In this document: piece after piece, positions 39,249 through 48,957 of the stretch
Layout: each line of letters begins with the position of its first letter
Numbering within the stretch: the stretch's first letter is position 1
NCBI GenBank assembly: GCA_963668645.2
Contig: CAXXWC010000021.1
Location: forward strand, 832,001-896,000
Direction of reading: 5' to 3'
DNA length: 64,000 nt
From: Desulfobacterales bacterium
GTDB lineage: Bacteria > Desulfobacterota > Desulfobacteria > Desulfobacterales > UBA2174
Position numbers and translations under genes: made by a program
Notes under the pieces: model-generated
The model's input: the letters and a program-made list of their open reading frames with translations, nothing else
Databases searched by the model: none
Told to the model about the DNA's origin: nothing

Positions 39249-39806
39249 CTACTCGGAGAGTGTACAGACCTGGGCTGCAGTGACCCGCAGCAGTTCGGCC
39301 GGGGTCAGGCGCATCATGGCATCGATGTCCCCGCCCCCGCCGAAGATCATGTCAAGGCCGGCCACCGCCGTGTCGACCAGGGTTTGCAAGAGCTGGCAAT
39401 GGCCGAAGGGCGGCATGCTGCCGACGATGTAGCCGGTAATCGCAAGGGCTCGTTCCGGGCTGGCGAACCGGACCCGCTTGCGTCCCACACCGAGAATCGC
39501 GCCCAGTTTGCGCCGATCCACCCGGGCCAGCCCGTTGTTGATCACCAGCAGGGGCGTCTCGTCCACCAGAAAAACCAGGGACTTGATGATCTGAGCGGTA
39601 TCCACGCCCAAGGCCATGGCCGCATCGGCCACCGTGGGCGTGTGCCGGGCCATGGGCAAAATCGTCGCCGTGATGCGTTGTTCTTCTATGAAACGCTGCA
39701 AATCCGCGCTGGTCAGAACCGGTGGGGACAAGTCCGCTTCAGGCCCCTGCGCCTTTCCCCCTTTTGCTCCTCCTTCCGCCGAAATTCGGCCTTCGACCTC
39801 TTCCAT
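39249..39806 (-). CDS. YbaK/EbsC aminoacyl-tRNA deacylase family protein (start uncertain)
   Basis: TPTVADAAMALGV..IIKSLVF, TGYIVGSMPPFG, GGG. Confidence 0.85.
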   Translation of the reverse strand: MEEVEGRISAEGGAKGGKAQGPEADLSPPVLTSADLQRFIEEQRITATILPMARHTPTVADAAMALGVDTAQIIKSLVFLVDETPLLVINNGLARVDRRKLGAILGVGRKRVRFASPERALAITGYIVGSMPPFGHCQLLQTLVDTAVAGLDMIFGGGGDIDAMMRLTPAELLRVTAAQVCTLSE

Positions 39807-39814
39807 CCGTCCCC

Positions 39815-40087
39815 TCAAATCTTGCCTGCAAAGCGCAGCACCACCAGCAGGACCAGAAATCCGACCGAAAGGTGCAGCCCGGAAACGAGCCGCTGGTATT
39901 GCACGCGCACGGTTTCGTCTCCCTCGCTGGCGGCCAGATCCTTGATGCGGCGATAATCGGCATACCAGCCGCCGAACATGCTCACGAACTCGCCGCGGGT
40001 TTTCAAGGCGATCTTGATCTGCTGGACATAGTAAATGCCGAAGATCACCGGGCAAATGATTGCGATATCGAACCAGGTCAGGTCCAT
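39815..40087 (-). CDS. Small two-TM membrane protein
   Basis: RBS AGGAG; MDLTWFDIAIICPVIFG..; overlaps the E1-beta stop. Confidence 0.65.
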   Translation of the reverse strand: MDLTWFDIAIICPVIFGIYYVQQIKIALKTRGEFVSMFGGWYADYRRIKDLAASEGDETVRVQYQRLVSGLHLSVGFLVLLVVLRFAGKI

Positions 40088-41076
40088 GGGCGCTCCTGCC
40101 GGCAGGTGTCCTTGATTGCGGCGGCCACCGCCTCGGACGAGGGTTTGAAAAACTTTTCCTGGTCGGGCGATGCGGGAACCGGGATGGACGGCGGGGCCAC
40201 CCGCCGTACCGGCGCCTTGAGGGCCTCGAAGGCCTCCTCGGCCGCAATGGCCGCCAGTTCGGCGCCGTAGCCGCAAAAGCGGTTGGCCTCGTGGACGATC
40301 ACCAACCGCCCGGTGCGCCGCACCGATTCCAGCAGGCACTGCTTGTCCAGGGGCACCAGGGACCGCAAATCGATCACCTCGCAGCCGATCCCTTCGGCGG
40401 CGGCCATCTCGGCCCCCTTGAGGGCCGTGTAAAGGGCCGTCCCGTATGCCACCAGGGTGCAATCGGTGCCCAGGCGCACCACCCTGGCCTGGCCCGGGGC
40501 CTGGCGGTTGTCACCCTCGGGCACTTCGCCGCGCATCCAGTAAAGCATCATGTCCTCGACCACGATCACCGGATCGGGATCGAAGATCGCACCCAGCAGC
40601 AGTGCCTTGGCATCGGCCGGATTGGACGGCCAGACCAGCTTGAGTCCCGGGCTGTGGGCCATCCAGGCCTCCAGGTTGTGGGAATGCTGGCTGCCGGCCC
40701 CGAACCCGACCCCTGCCTTGACGCGCACCGTAAGGGGAAAGCTGCTCTTGCCGCCGCTCATGTAGCGCAGCTTGGCGGCATGGTTGACCAACATGTCGCT
40801 GGCCAGGGTGATAAAAGGAAAAAACATGATCTCCACCACCGGCCGCAGGCCCATGGCCGAGGCTCCCACGGCAAGACCGGCGATGGCCGCTTCGCTCACC
40901 GGCGTGTCGCGCACCCGCCGGTCGCCGAAACGTTCCAGTAGCCCGTGGGTCGGCATGTTGGGATCCTGGTGGATCGAGACCCCGACCCCCTCCCCGGCGA
41001 TGAACACGCTCTGGTCGCTTTCCATGGCCAGGGCCAGGGCCTGGTTCAAAGCCTGGCCGAACGACATTTCCGTCAT
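40078..41076 (-). CDS. 2-oxoacid/acetoin dehydrogenase E1 beta subunit
   Basis: RVRDTPVSEAAIAG, RPVVEIMF, QHSH..EAW, EVIDLRSL.PLD. Confidence 0.93.
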   Translation of the reverse strand: MTEMSFGQALNQALALAMESDQSVFIAGEGVGVSIHQDPNMPTHGLLERFGDRRVRDTPVSEAAIAGLAVGASAMGLRPVVEIMFFPFITLASDMLVNHAAKLRYMSGGKSSFPLTVRVKAGVGFGAGSQHSHNLEAWMAHSPGLKLVWPSNPADAKALLLGAIFDPDPVIVVEDMMLYWMRGEVPEGDNRQAPGQARVVRLGTDCTLVAYGTALYTALKGAEMAAAEGIGCEVIDLRSLVPLDKQCLLESVRRTGRLVIVHEANRFCGYGAELAAIAAEEAFEALKAPVRRVAPPSIPVPASPDQEKFFKPSSEAVAAAIKDTCRQERPWT

Positions 41077-41133
41077 GAGGCTCTCCTTTTGCGGGCTTGG
41101 TTCTGGGATACGGGAAAATCCCCCCTCTTTCAT

Positions 41134-42117
41134 TCAGGCCACGGCGCCCTGAACCCATAAATCGGTAAGGGCCGCCTGGGCCTCGGGGTAAGGGCTGCGG
41201 TCGGCGAAGGCCACGGCCGCTGCGACCTGCTGCACCGCCTGGTTGTCCATCCGTTCCAGGTCCGCGGCGGAAAGCACGCCGTCGGCGAGCAGATTTTCCC
41301 GGTAGCGCTCAATCGGGCAGCGCCGTGCCCATTGGGCGATTTCGGCCGGATCCACATAATGCTGGTGATCGCTTTCCCCGTGTCCGCGCATACGGTAGGT
41401 GCGCGCCTCGATCAGGGCCGGTCCCTGGCCGCTGCGGCAATGGGCGGCCATTTCGGACGCCAGCCGATGGACCGCCTCGACATCGTTGCCGTCCACAGAA
41501 TCGCCCGGCATGCCGTAAGCCGCGGCCCTGGCGCTCAGATCGTCAACGGCGCAATGCACCTTGCACGGCTGGGCCCCGGCCCAGCAGTTGTTCTCGCAGA
41601 CCAGCAAAAGCGGCAGCTTCCATATCCCGGCCAGGTTCATGGCCTCGTGCACGCTGCCTTCGGCCGCGGCCCCGTCTCCGAAAAAAACCGCCGTAATCTG
41701 CCTGCTCTGGTTGTACTGCTGGGCAAAAGCGGCCCCGGCGGCCAGCGGCGGGCCGGCTCCCACCACGGTGGAAGTCATCAGGACGTTGATCTCGGGTACG
41801 GCCAGGTGCAAGGTGCCGGCCTTGCCGGAATTGATCCCGGTGGCCTTGCCCATGATTTCGGCCATCAGGCTGTCCGGATCCGCCCCGCGGCAGAGCAGGT
41901 GGGCGTGGCTGCGATGGTTGCTGACGATCACATCCCTGGCATCCAGGGCCGCCACCACTCCGGCGGCCACCGCCTCCTGGCCCACCGATAGGATCTGCAT
42001 GCCCGGCAGGCGGCCCTTTTCCCGGGCCAGCTCCACGATCGTTTCATCAAAACGGCGGCTCAGCAGCATGTCCTGGTAGAGTCGCCTCTGCAACTGCGCT
42101 GAAATGGCGGCGCTCAT
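41134..42117 (-). CDS. 2-oxoacid/acetoin dehydrogenase E1 alpha subunit (TPP-dependent)
   Basis: GQEA, NHRSHAH, GDGAAAEG..ENN TPP motif, TYRMRGH. Confidence 0.93.
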   Translation of the reverse strand: MSAAISAQLQRRLYQDMLLSRRFDETIVELAREKGRLPGMQILSVGQEAVAAGVVAALDARDVIVSNHRSHAHLLCRGADPDSLMAEIMGKATGINSGKAGTLHLAVPEINVLMTSTVVGAGPPLAAGAAFAQQYNQSRQITAVFFGDGAAAEGSVHEAMNLAGIWKLPLLLVCENNCWAGAQPCKVHCAVDDLSARAAAYGMPGDSVDGNDVEAVHRLASEMAAHCRSGQGPALIEARTYRMRGHGESDHQHYVDPAEIAQWARRCPIERYRENLLADGVLSAADLERMDNQAVQQVAAAVAFADRSPYPEAQAALTDLWVQGAVA

Positions 42118-42142
42118 GCGCTCCTCCCCGTGGCAAAACAGG

Positions 42143-42958
42143 TTATCGTTGTGTGGACGCAGGCAAAATCCCAGCTCCTGCGCCGGCCCCATCGTCGAGC
42201 CCGGGCCGCACAAAGGCACGGGCCTCGGGAAAGCTCCATTCCGTGGCCCGGCGCAGCCGTTCCAATTGGCAGAGAAATTCGAGGATCTGTGCTTCCGCTT
42301 GAGGGATATGGGGCAAAAGGCCGGACCAGGCCGCGGTCGAGCGCTCGATGGCGATCAGGGCCACCTTAGCCGAGCCGTCCGCGTCCCGGGGGACATCCTC
42401 CATGCCGTCCAGGGTCTCGTCACCGAGTACGGCCCGATAGAGCTTGGCATGGATCAGGGGCTGGTACCACAAGATCACCTCCACCAGGTCGCTGGCCCGG
42501 GCGGCCGGCGGGCCGGAGCCGACCACCCGCAGGTCCGGCCGGTTGGGCGCTCCGCTCAGGGCACCGATTTCGGCCAACCACCCTTCCCACAGGGTCAACC
42601 ACTGGTGTACGGAATCGGCGTACTTCGTGGCCGAACGGACCAGAATATGGTCGCGGGTTGCGTCGCGGCGCCGGTCTTCTTCCCCCTCGTCGGGAATCTG
42701 GTCCAGATCGATCCCCATCTCCTCGGCCATCTCATGCACCATGGCCACCGCAGTCTCGAAAATATCCGCCAACCGGCCCCAGATATCATCTTTTTCCGGG
42801 TCGCCGGGGGAGTCGGTTTCGGCCCGCTCCATGGCAAAGACCGAGCAGCGCGATGTCATCGGACAACGCTGGCACCAGCGGTCGCAATAGTTGTGGATGC
42901 CGGTGATGAAAGCCGGATCGGCAACCATGCGCCTGATTCGCTCGGTTTTTTCCGACAT
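42143..42958 (-). CDS. Hypothetical protein with N-terminal four-Cys cluster
   Basis: HNYCDRWCQRCPMTSRC; helical body; ends FVRPGLD; coding-like GC3 bias. Confidence 0.75.
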   Translation of the reverse strand: MSEKTERIRRMVADPAFITGIHNYCDRWCQRCPMTSRCSVFAMERAETDSPGDPEKDDIWGRLADIFETAVAMVHEMAEEMGIDLDQIPDEGEEDRRRDATRDHILVRSATKYADSVHQWLTLWEGWLAEIGALSGAPNRPDLRVVGSGPPAARASDLVEVILWYQPLIHAKLYRAVLGDETLDGMEDVPRDADGSAKVALIAIERSTAAWSGLLPHIPQAEAQILEFLCQLERLRRATEWSFPEARAFVRPGLDDGAGAGAGILPASTQR

Positions 42959-43013
42959 CGAAATCTTTCCGGGTTTCGGTTCCAAAAGAAAAAAGCGCCC
43001 AGGGTGCAGTTAC

Positions 43014-43823
43014 TTACCCTTCTTTGGGTTTTAGCGAGTCCGCGCGCGTCACGCTTTCCTGCAACCGCAAGAAGTTGCCCCCCAGCACCGCGGCTTCCGC
43101 TTCCGGCGCCAGCCCCAGGCGCCGCACCTTGGCCAGTTCGGCCGCCGGGCTGCCGAAGGGGAAATCCGATCCGAACAAAAGCCGGTGGTGCCCGTAGCAG
43201 CGGACGTATTCGCGAATTTCGCCGCTGGCGGCCAGGGCCGTGTCGGCCCAGACATTGTCGAGGTCCCAGAGCCCTTCCCGGGCGATTGCGCCGAATCCAC
43301 CGTTAAGCATGCCCAGATGGGGGATGATCACCGTGATGCCACCGGCCAGTTCGCGCACGAAGCGCACCGTGTTGCCCCACTCTTCTTCCAGTACCACGGG
43401 CAGGCGGCGGCGCCGGATTTCATCCAGCACAGCGTCACAGCGGCAGGTCTCGTAATGGTAAACCGGCTCGTCGGCGTGCCGGTGCCACTTGATACCGCAA
43501 TGGGACGCTGCGAGCTGTTCGACGGCAAAATCGTTCCAGACGAAAAAATATGGATAAACGGTGAATCCGGAAGGGTCAAGAGAAAGCAGATAGGCGTTGC
43601 TCTGCCGGCGGTGGTGGCGCCAGGCCGGATCGTCCGTAAAATCCGGGTCGTAGCGATCGTAAATCTCCTGGACCGGGGAAAAAAGGGCCGCGCCGCCGAT
43701 CCGCGTCCCCGCCAGATGCCCCCGGTAGTCCTCCAAGGTCTGCGGCGCGCTGCGGTCCATCGTCCCGCAGTGAACATGGGCGTCGATCAACACCGCTGCC
43801 TCGCCTTGTTCGAATGCCGCCAT
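43014..43823 (-). CDS. Amidohydrolase family protein (Amidohydro_2-like)
   Basis: IDAHVH, GIKWH, IIPHLG, VWADT, LLFGSDFPF. Confidence 0.88.
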   Translation of the reverse strand: MAAFEQGEAAVLIDAHVHCGTMDRSAPQTLEDYRGHLAGTRIGGAALFSPVQEIYDRYDPDFTDDPAWRHHRRQSNAYLLSLDPSGFTVYPYFFVWNDFAVEQLAASHCGIKWHRHADEPVYHYETCRCDAVLDEIRRRRLPVVLEEEWGNTVRFVRELAGGITVIIPHLGMLNGGFGAIAREGLWDLDNVWADTALAASGEIREYVRCYGHHRLLFGSDFPFGSPAAELAKVRRLGLAPEAEAAVLGGNFLRLQESVTRADSLKPKEG

Positions 43824-44158
43824 TTCTCAAATCCCCCGGCCTGGACCAGCGCGTTCAAAAAGGGGGCCTGATGCCCTCACCGTCCGGGATTTACAGGCTG
43901 TGCGGATATGATCATCACAATTTGCGGCGCTTGACAAGCGATCCCTTCTGCAGGCATCAATTCACGGTGAACCCGAAATGGCTGGGACCGGATTGGAAAG
44001 ACGGCAGGGACCGGCGAGCGCCGGATGATTAAATTTTTGTAACCAAGCCTTGAAAAGCGCGACATAATAGACAGTCTCGCATGACGTAGGATGTGCAACG
44101 CCAATCCAGGCGCCGGGATAATGCACCCGGTGCTGCAAAACGCAAAAAGGGGGCGGCC

Positions 44159-46087
44159 ATGAAATCCATCGCCCGGTTTATCGCCCTGGTCCTTTTCTTT
44201 CTGCCCAACCCCGGGGCTGCGCAAGACAATCCGGCCGTCATCGGACGGATCACTGAAATCACCGGCGGCCAGTTACTGCGCTATGACAGCGAAGCCCGCG
44301 AGTGGGTCCAGCTGGTTGCCGATTCCCCTTTCGGCATTGAGGATGCTCTGTATACCGAGGAGCAAACCCGAGCGGAGATTCTCATCCCCAACGGCACCTT
44401 GGTGCGACTGGAAGGTAACACCCAGATCCTGACCGTTTCCCTCGATGAAGATCTGACCCAGCTGCGCCTGTCTTCCGGGCTCAGCCGCGTCATCAGCCGC
44501 GACAACGGCGCCGGGATCAAAATTTCAACCGGCTTCGGGAGCGTCCTCGTACCGTCCGGCGCCACTGCCGACGTGGCCGCCGACGCGCAGGGCGCAACCG
44601 TTATCGCCGTCGGCGCCGATGTGCAGGTGGTGACTGAAAACGGTGCCACCTTCCAGGTCAAAAACGGCGATTCCCTCCATCTCACCGGCCAATCGGTGGA
44701 ATCGATCGCCGCCACACCGGCCCCGTCCTGGGCCGAATGGAACCTTGCACGTGACCGGCTCTGGGCCTCACGGGCCGCCGATGCCGCCTCTGCGCACCAT
44801 CTGCCCGCCACCCTGGTACCGTATACCTACGAGTTGGACGCCTACGGGGAGTGGCGTTCGGTATTCTATGCAGGCGGATACCACTGGCTCTGGCGCCCGA
44901 CCCGCATCGCCGCCGGCTGGGCGCCGTATACCTACGGCCGCTGGGTGACCTGGTACGCCGATCCGTGCTGGATTCCGGAAGAACCTTTCGGTTATGTAAC
45001 GCACCATTACGGAAGCTGGGAGTTCATCCACGGTCTCTGGTTTTGGGTCCCGCCGGGAGTCGGCATCAACATCGGCCTGGGCCTCGGCTGGTACCCGGGG
45101 CGCGTCGGTTGGGTGAGCTACGGCAGTTATATCGGCTGGTATCCGCTGCTGTGGAACGAACCCTGGTATGCCCACCGCCATTGGGGCCCGCACAGCCGTC
45201 CCTACGCCGGCTATCGATCCGGGCCCCACCACCATGCAGGGCGGGCTGTGGTGATCGATCAGCAGTATTTTCATCGCGGCCGCAGCTATGCCGGACATCG
45301 CCACCCGGGCTTCGATCCGCACCGCTTCAAGCCCCGCCGCGACCCTTACCAGATATCGGGGCTCGCAAAGGATCCCCGCCGGTTCTACACCACGGGCGCC
45401 CCCGCAATCCGGATTCCCGGCCCGGCGGCCACCGCCGGCGTGAGACGGCACATGGAGAACCGGCATCGCTCACCGTCCGCGTTTCGCCCCTCAGGGGCCA
45501 AAAACCACCGTCATCCCCCCTTGAAAGTCAAGCCCAGCACAGCTGCGCCTGCCGGCCCCAAGGCAAAACAGAGGACCCGGTCCGGTCAACACCAGTGGTC
45601 GAGCCAGCACCGGGACCACGCCAAATTCGGGCCCACCCCCGGGCCCCTCAATAGTATGCCATCGCGAAGGCCCAATCGGCCGTTGAACATGACCGGCGGC
45701 GACCAACCCGGTCCCAAACCAAGGGCCGCACGGCAGACCAGAACCACCGGGGCCCAAAAACCGTCTCAGGTAAATCCGGCCCGGCCCCAACTGCCCGACC
45801 GCCAGAGACCGGCCCTGTCATCGCCCAAGCCGCGGCGCCAAAACGCATCGTCCCTGCCTCGCCGAGAAGTGCCGTCCGCTCCGGCAAACTCAAAGCCACC
45901 GCGCCAGCAGGCCGCCTCAAAACAGCAGGCACCCGAGCCCCGGACGCCGTCTCCATCATCGCGGCCAAGACAGGAAGTATCTTCCCTGCCGCAACCGCGT
46001 TCCTCCCCCCGAACGCCCCACCGCAGCATACCCAGAGCGGCATCCACAGGCAAGGACTCAGGATCTCCGGGTTATGGGCGGCCGTGA
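44159..46087 (+). CDS. Exported FecR-like + DUF6600-like Trp/Tyr/Gly-rich protein with disordered tail
   Basis: Signal peptide; FecR-like RAEI..GTLVRL..NT; LDAYGEW, WAPYTYGRW, EPFGYVTHHYGSW; Pro/Arg/Ser-rich C-terminus. Confidence 0.8.
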   Translation: MKSIARFIALVLFFLPNPGAAQDNPAVIGRITEITGGQLLRYDSEAREWVQLVADSPFGIEDALYTEEQTRAEILIPNGTLVRLEGNTQILTVSLDEDLTQLRLSSGLSRVISRDNGAGIKISTGFGSVLVPSGATADVAADAQGATVIAVGADVQVVTENGATFQVKNGDSLHLTGQSVESIAATPAPSWAEWNLARDRLWASRAADAASAHHLPATLVPYTYELDAYGEWRSVFYAGGYHWLWRPTRIAAGWAPYTYGRWVTWYADPCWIPEEPFGYVTHHYGSWEFIHGLWFWVPPGVGINIGLGLGWYPGRVGWVSYGSYIGWYPLLWNEPWYAHRHWGPHSRPYAGYRSGPHHHAGRAVVIDQQYFHRGRSYAGHRHPGFDPHRFKPRRDPYQISGLAKDPRRFYTTGAPAIRIPGPAATAGVRRHMENRHRSPSAFRPSGAKNHRHPPLKVKPSTAAPAGPKAKQRTRSGQHQWSSQHRDHAKFGPTPGPLNSMPSRRPNRPLNMTGGDQPGPKPRAARQTRTTGAQKPSQVNPARPQLPDRQRPALSSPKPRRQNASSLPRREVPSAPANSKPPRQQAASKQQAPEPRTPSPSSRPRQEVSSLPQPRSSPRTPHRSIPRAASTGKDSGSPGYGRP

Positions 46088-46097
46088 GTTTGCGGCA

Positions 46098-46149
46098 ATA
46101 ATTGGCCTGTACGATTTTCACCATAATTGGATGTTGTGAGCAACCAATT
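46098..46149 (+). promoter_or_regulatory. Putative MocR/PdxR operator (two direct repeats + one inverted repeat)
   Basis: ATAATTGG at 46098 and 46123, CCAATT at 46144. Confidence 0.6.
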
Positions 46150-46210
46150 TAGCAGCTATCGTCTCCTCCGAAAACCGTGATCTTTTAGCAACCACCGGAG
46201 GCGACCGCTC

Positions 46211-47719
46211 ATGGGCGTCCTGCTGCAAATCGACCAATGTTCCAACGTTCCGCTGTTCCGCCAGATCATGGACCAGATCATCCAACTGGTGGACAGCGAA
46301 ACCCTGCGCCCGGGCGATCGACTGCCCGCGACCCGGGACATGGCCGAACGGCTCTCGGTCCACCGCTCCACGGTCTACCGGGCCTACCAGGAGCTTTGGT
46401 CCCTGGGCTATCTGGAGAGCCGGCCCGGCTCCTATTCGACGGTACGCCAGCGGCCCAAGGTGGTCCCGGCCGGCCCCCGGCCCGGCAAAGGCCTGATTGC
46501 CTGGGATCAGAGGGCGACAGCGGTCAGTGAAGCCCTCTACCGGGCACACTGCGCCGAGGAGTCCTTTTTCCGCAATACCGGCCGGTCCGATCTGATCAAT
46601 TTCATCCCCCTGTCGCCTGACAGCCGTCTCTTTCCCATCGATGAATTCCGGCGCTGCATGAACCATGTGCTGGCTCGCGAAGGGGTGGACCTGCTGCAAT
46701 ACGGAACCCCTCTGGGCCACGGCCCCTTGAGGGCTTTTATCGCCGAACGGATGCGCCTGCACGGGGTATCGGTGACCGAAGACGAAATCATGATCACCAC
46801 CGGGGCCCAGAACGCCATCGAAAGGCTGCTGCGGTTGCTGGCCGCCCCCGGTGCGCGGGTGGCCTTCGAGTCGCCGACCTATTCACGGGCCATGGACATC
46901 TTCCGCCTGGACCAAGTCGAAATGGTCGGCGTCCCCATGACCGCCTCGGGAATGGACCTCGGCGCCCTGGAAACGATCATGGCCCAGGATCCGCCGGCCC
47001 TGGTCTACACCATTCCCAATTTTCACAATCCCACCGGAATCACCACGGACCAGGGCCACCGGGAGCGTCTTCTGGCGATCTGTGAACACCATCGTGTGCC
47101 GCTGGTTGAAGACGGCTTCGAAGAGGAGATGAAATATTTCGGCAAGGCCGTTTTGCCCATCAAGTCCATGGACCATAAGGGCATCGTCGTTTACCTGGGC
47201 ACCTTTTCCAAGATCCTCTTTCCCGGGCTGCGCATCGGGTGGATCGCAGCGGACCGCGGATGCATCGAGCGGCTGGCGCCGATTCAAAGGGCACTGATCC
47301 TCTCGGGCAACCTGCTCGACCAGGCGGCCCTGCACCGTTTTTGCCGCATGGGTTACTACGATTTGCACATCAACCGCATGCACCGCATCTACCGCAAGCG
47401 GATGCAAACCGCCCTCAAGGCCCTTAGAGCGACCCTGGCCGCAGATCACCGCATCTCCTGGGCCGAACCCTGCGGCGGCTACACCGTCTGGCTCTGTCTC
47501 AACGACCCGGACCAGAGCGACGAGCGGGTCGCTGCGGCCCTGCGCGACCACGGCGTCATGGTCCTGCCGGGAAGTTACCATTTCCATGGAAGCTCGAAGG
47601 GCATCTACTTCCGGCTTTCCATCGCCCATCTGGAGGAGGCGGCCATCGTGGAGGGAATCCGGCGCCTGGCCCTGGGATTGGACGCGCTACGGCGCAAACA
47701 TGAAAGGAGAACCCCGTGA
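46211..47719 (+). CDS. MocR/GabR-family regulator (GntR wHTH + PLP domain), PdxR-like
   Basis: LRPGDRLPATRDMA..VHRSTVYRAY; ITTGAQ, PNFHNPTG, GTFSKILFPGLRIGW; upstream of pdxST. Confidence 0.92.
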   Translation: MGVLLQIDQCSNVPLFRQIMDQIIQLVDSETLRPGDRLPATRDMAERLSVHRSTVYRAYQELWSLGYLESRPGSYSTVRQRPKVVPAGPRPGKGLIAWDQRATAVSEALYRAHCAEESFFRNTGRSDLINFIPLSPDSRLFPIDEFRRCMNHVLAREGVDLLQYGTPLGHGPLRAFIAERMRLHGVSVTEDEIMITTGAQNAIERLLRLLAAPGARVAFESPTYSRAMDIFRLDQVEMVGVPMTASGMDLGALETIMAQDPPALVYTIPNFHNPTGITTDQGHRERLLAICEHHRVPLVEDGFEEEMKYFGKAVLPIKSMDHKGIVVYLGTFSKILFPGLRIGWIAADRGCIERLAPIQRALILSGNLLDQAALHRFCRMGYYDLHINRMHRIYRKRMQTALKALRATLAADHRISWAEPCGGYTVWLCLNDPDQSDERVAAALRDHGVMVLPGSYHFHGSSKGIYFRLSIAHLEEAAIVEGIRRLALGLDALRRKHERRTP

Positions 47720-48912
47720 TGGACAGTCGGGTACCCCCCACCGAGCTTCTGGGCTATCCCGGCCATGAGATGCTCATCAACGACATCGTCCGGGCCAGCG
47801 GCTGCTCTTTGTGGGATGCGGCCGGCAGACGCTACGTCGATCTGGAATCCGGCGTCTGGTGCACCTCTGTGGGCCACGGCCACCCGGATCTGCTGCGCGT
47901 GATGGGCGAACAGGCGGCGAAAATCGCCCACACCGGCTTTGGCTACACGGCTCCGGTGGTGGCTCAGGCGGCCCGGGACATCCTTGATCTGCTGGGGTTT
48001 GCCGGCGGCCGGTGCGTGTTTTTGTGCTCGGGCAGCGAAGCGGTGGAATACGGCCTGCGCCTGGCGCGCCTGCTCATCGGGCGGCCCTTGATGCTGACCA
48101 TGGCCGATTCGTACTTCGGCGCCTACGGCGCGGCCAGCACCCGGAACCCGGACCAGTGGCACACCTTCGACTGGTCGGCCTGCGATCCGTGCCCGCACGA
48201 CGGCCCGTGCGGTGCGCATTGCCACCGCTGGGCAACGATCCCCCTGGAAGACACCGGCGGGTTCCTCTTCGAGCCGGGAAGTTCGTCGGGGCTGGTACGC
48301 TTTCCCCCGCCGAAGCTCATCGAGGCCATTGTCTCCCGGGTGCGCCGCAACGAGGGCCTGATCATCGTCAACGAGGTCACCACCGGCATCGGGCGCACCG
48401 GTCGCTGGTTCGGGTTCCAGCACTACGATCTGGTCCCGGACATCGTGGCCATGGGCAAGGGCATCGGCAACGGGTATCCGGTCAGCGTAACGGCCGTCGG
48501 ACCGGCTGCAGCGGCAAGATTGGGCGCCGTTGAGGTGGCCTACGCCCAGTCCCACCAGAACGATCCTCTGGGCGCGGCCGTGGCCCGGGAGGTGATCCGG
48601 ATCATCCGGGAAAATGACCTGATCGCCCGCAGCCGGGAAAAGGCCGCCCTGCTGCAGGACGGTCTGGAAAAGATCCGCCGGCGCACCGGCAAGATCCGCG
48701 CCATACGTGCCAGGGGTCTGATGATCGCCCTGGAGATGGCGGACGAACCTGCTGCCATCGATTTGCACCGCCGGCTGGCGCGTCACGGGTACGTGGCGGC
48801 GCGCCGGCCAGGCTTGAACGTGCTGCGCCTCGACCCCAGCCTGACCATCGAGATCGCCGACCTCCAGGGGTTTCTCGAAAAACTGGAGCATATCCTCTCC
48901 CGGACCCGATGA
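47716..48912 (+). CDS. Class III PLP-dependent aminotransferase
   Basis: G..LWD..GRRYVD, VGHGHP, SGSEAVE, NEVTTGIGRTG, PDIVAMGKGIGNG. Confidence 0.88.
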   Translation: MMDSRVPPTELLGYPGHEMLINDIVRASGCSLWDAAGRRYVDLESGVWCTSVGHGHPDLLRVMGEQAAKIAHTGFGYTAPVVAQAARDILDLLGFAGGRCVFLCSGSEAVEYGLRLARLLIGRPLMLTMADSYFGAYGAASTRNPDQWHTFDWSACDPCPHDGPCGAHCHRWATIPLEDTGGFLFEPGSSSGLVRFPPPKLIEAIVSRVRRNEGLIIVNEVTTGIGRTGRWFGFQHYDLVPDIVAMGKGIGNGYPVSVTAVGPAAAARLGAVEVAYAQSHQNDPLGAAVAREVIRIIRENDLIARSREKAALLQDGLEKIRRRTGKIRAIRARGLMIALEMADEPAAIDLHRRLARHGYVAARRPGLNVLRLDPSLTIEIADLQGFLEKLEHILSRTR

Positions 48913-48957
48913 GGGACCGGATCAACTGTTGAACATCTTTGACCAAAGGAGAATCCG

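Noticed and set aside
42143..42958. Radical SAM enzyme call from CX3CX2C
   Set aside because: No GGEP or other TIM-barrel motifs; the protein is short, helical and has a fourth Cys.
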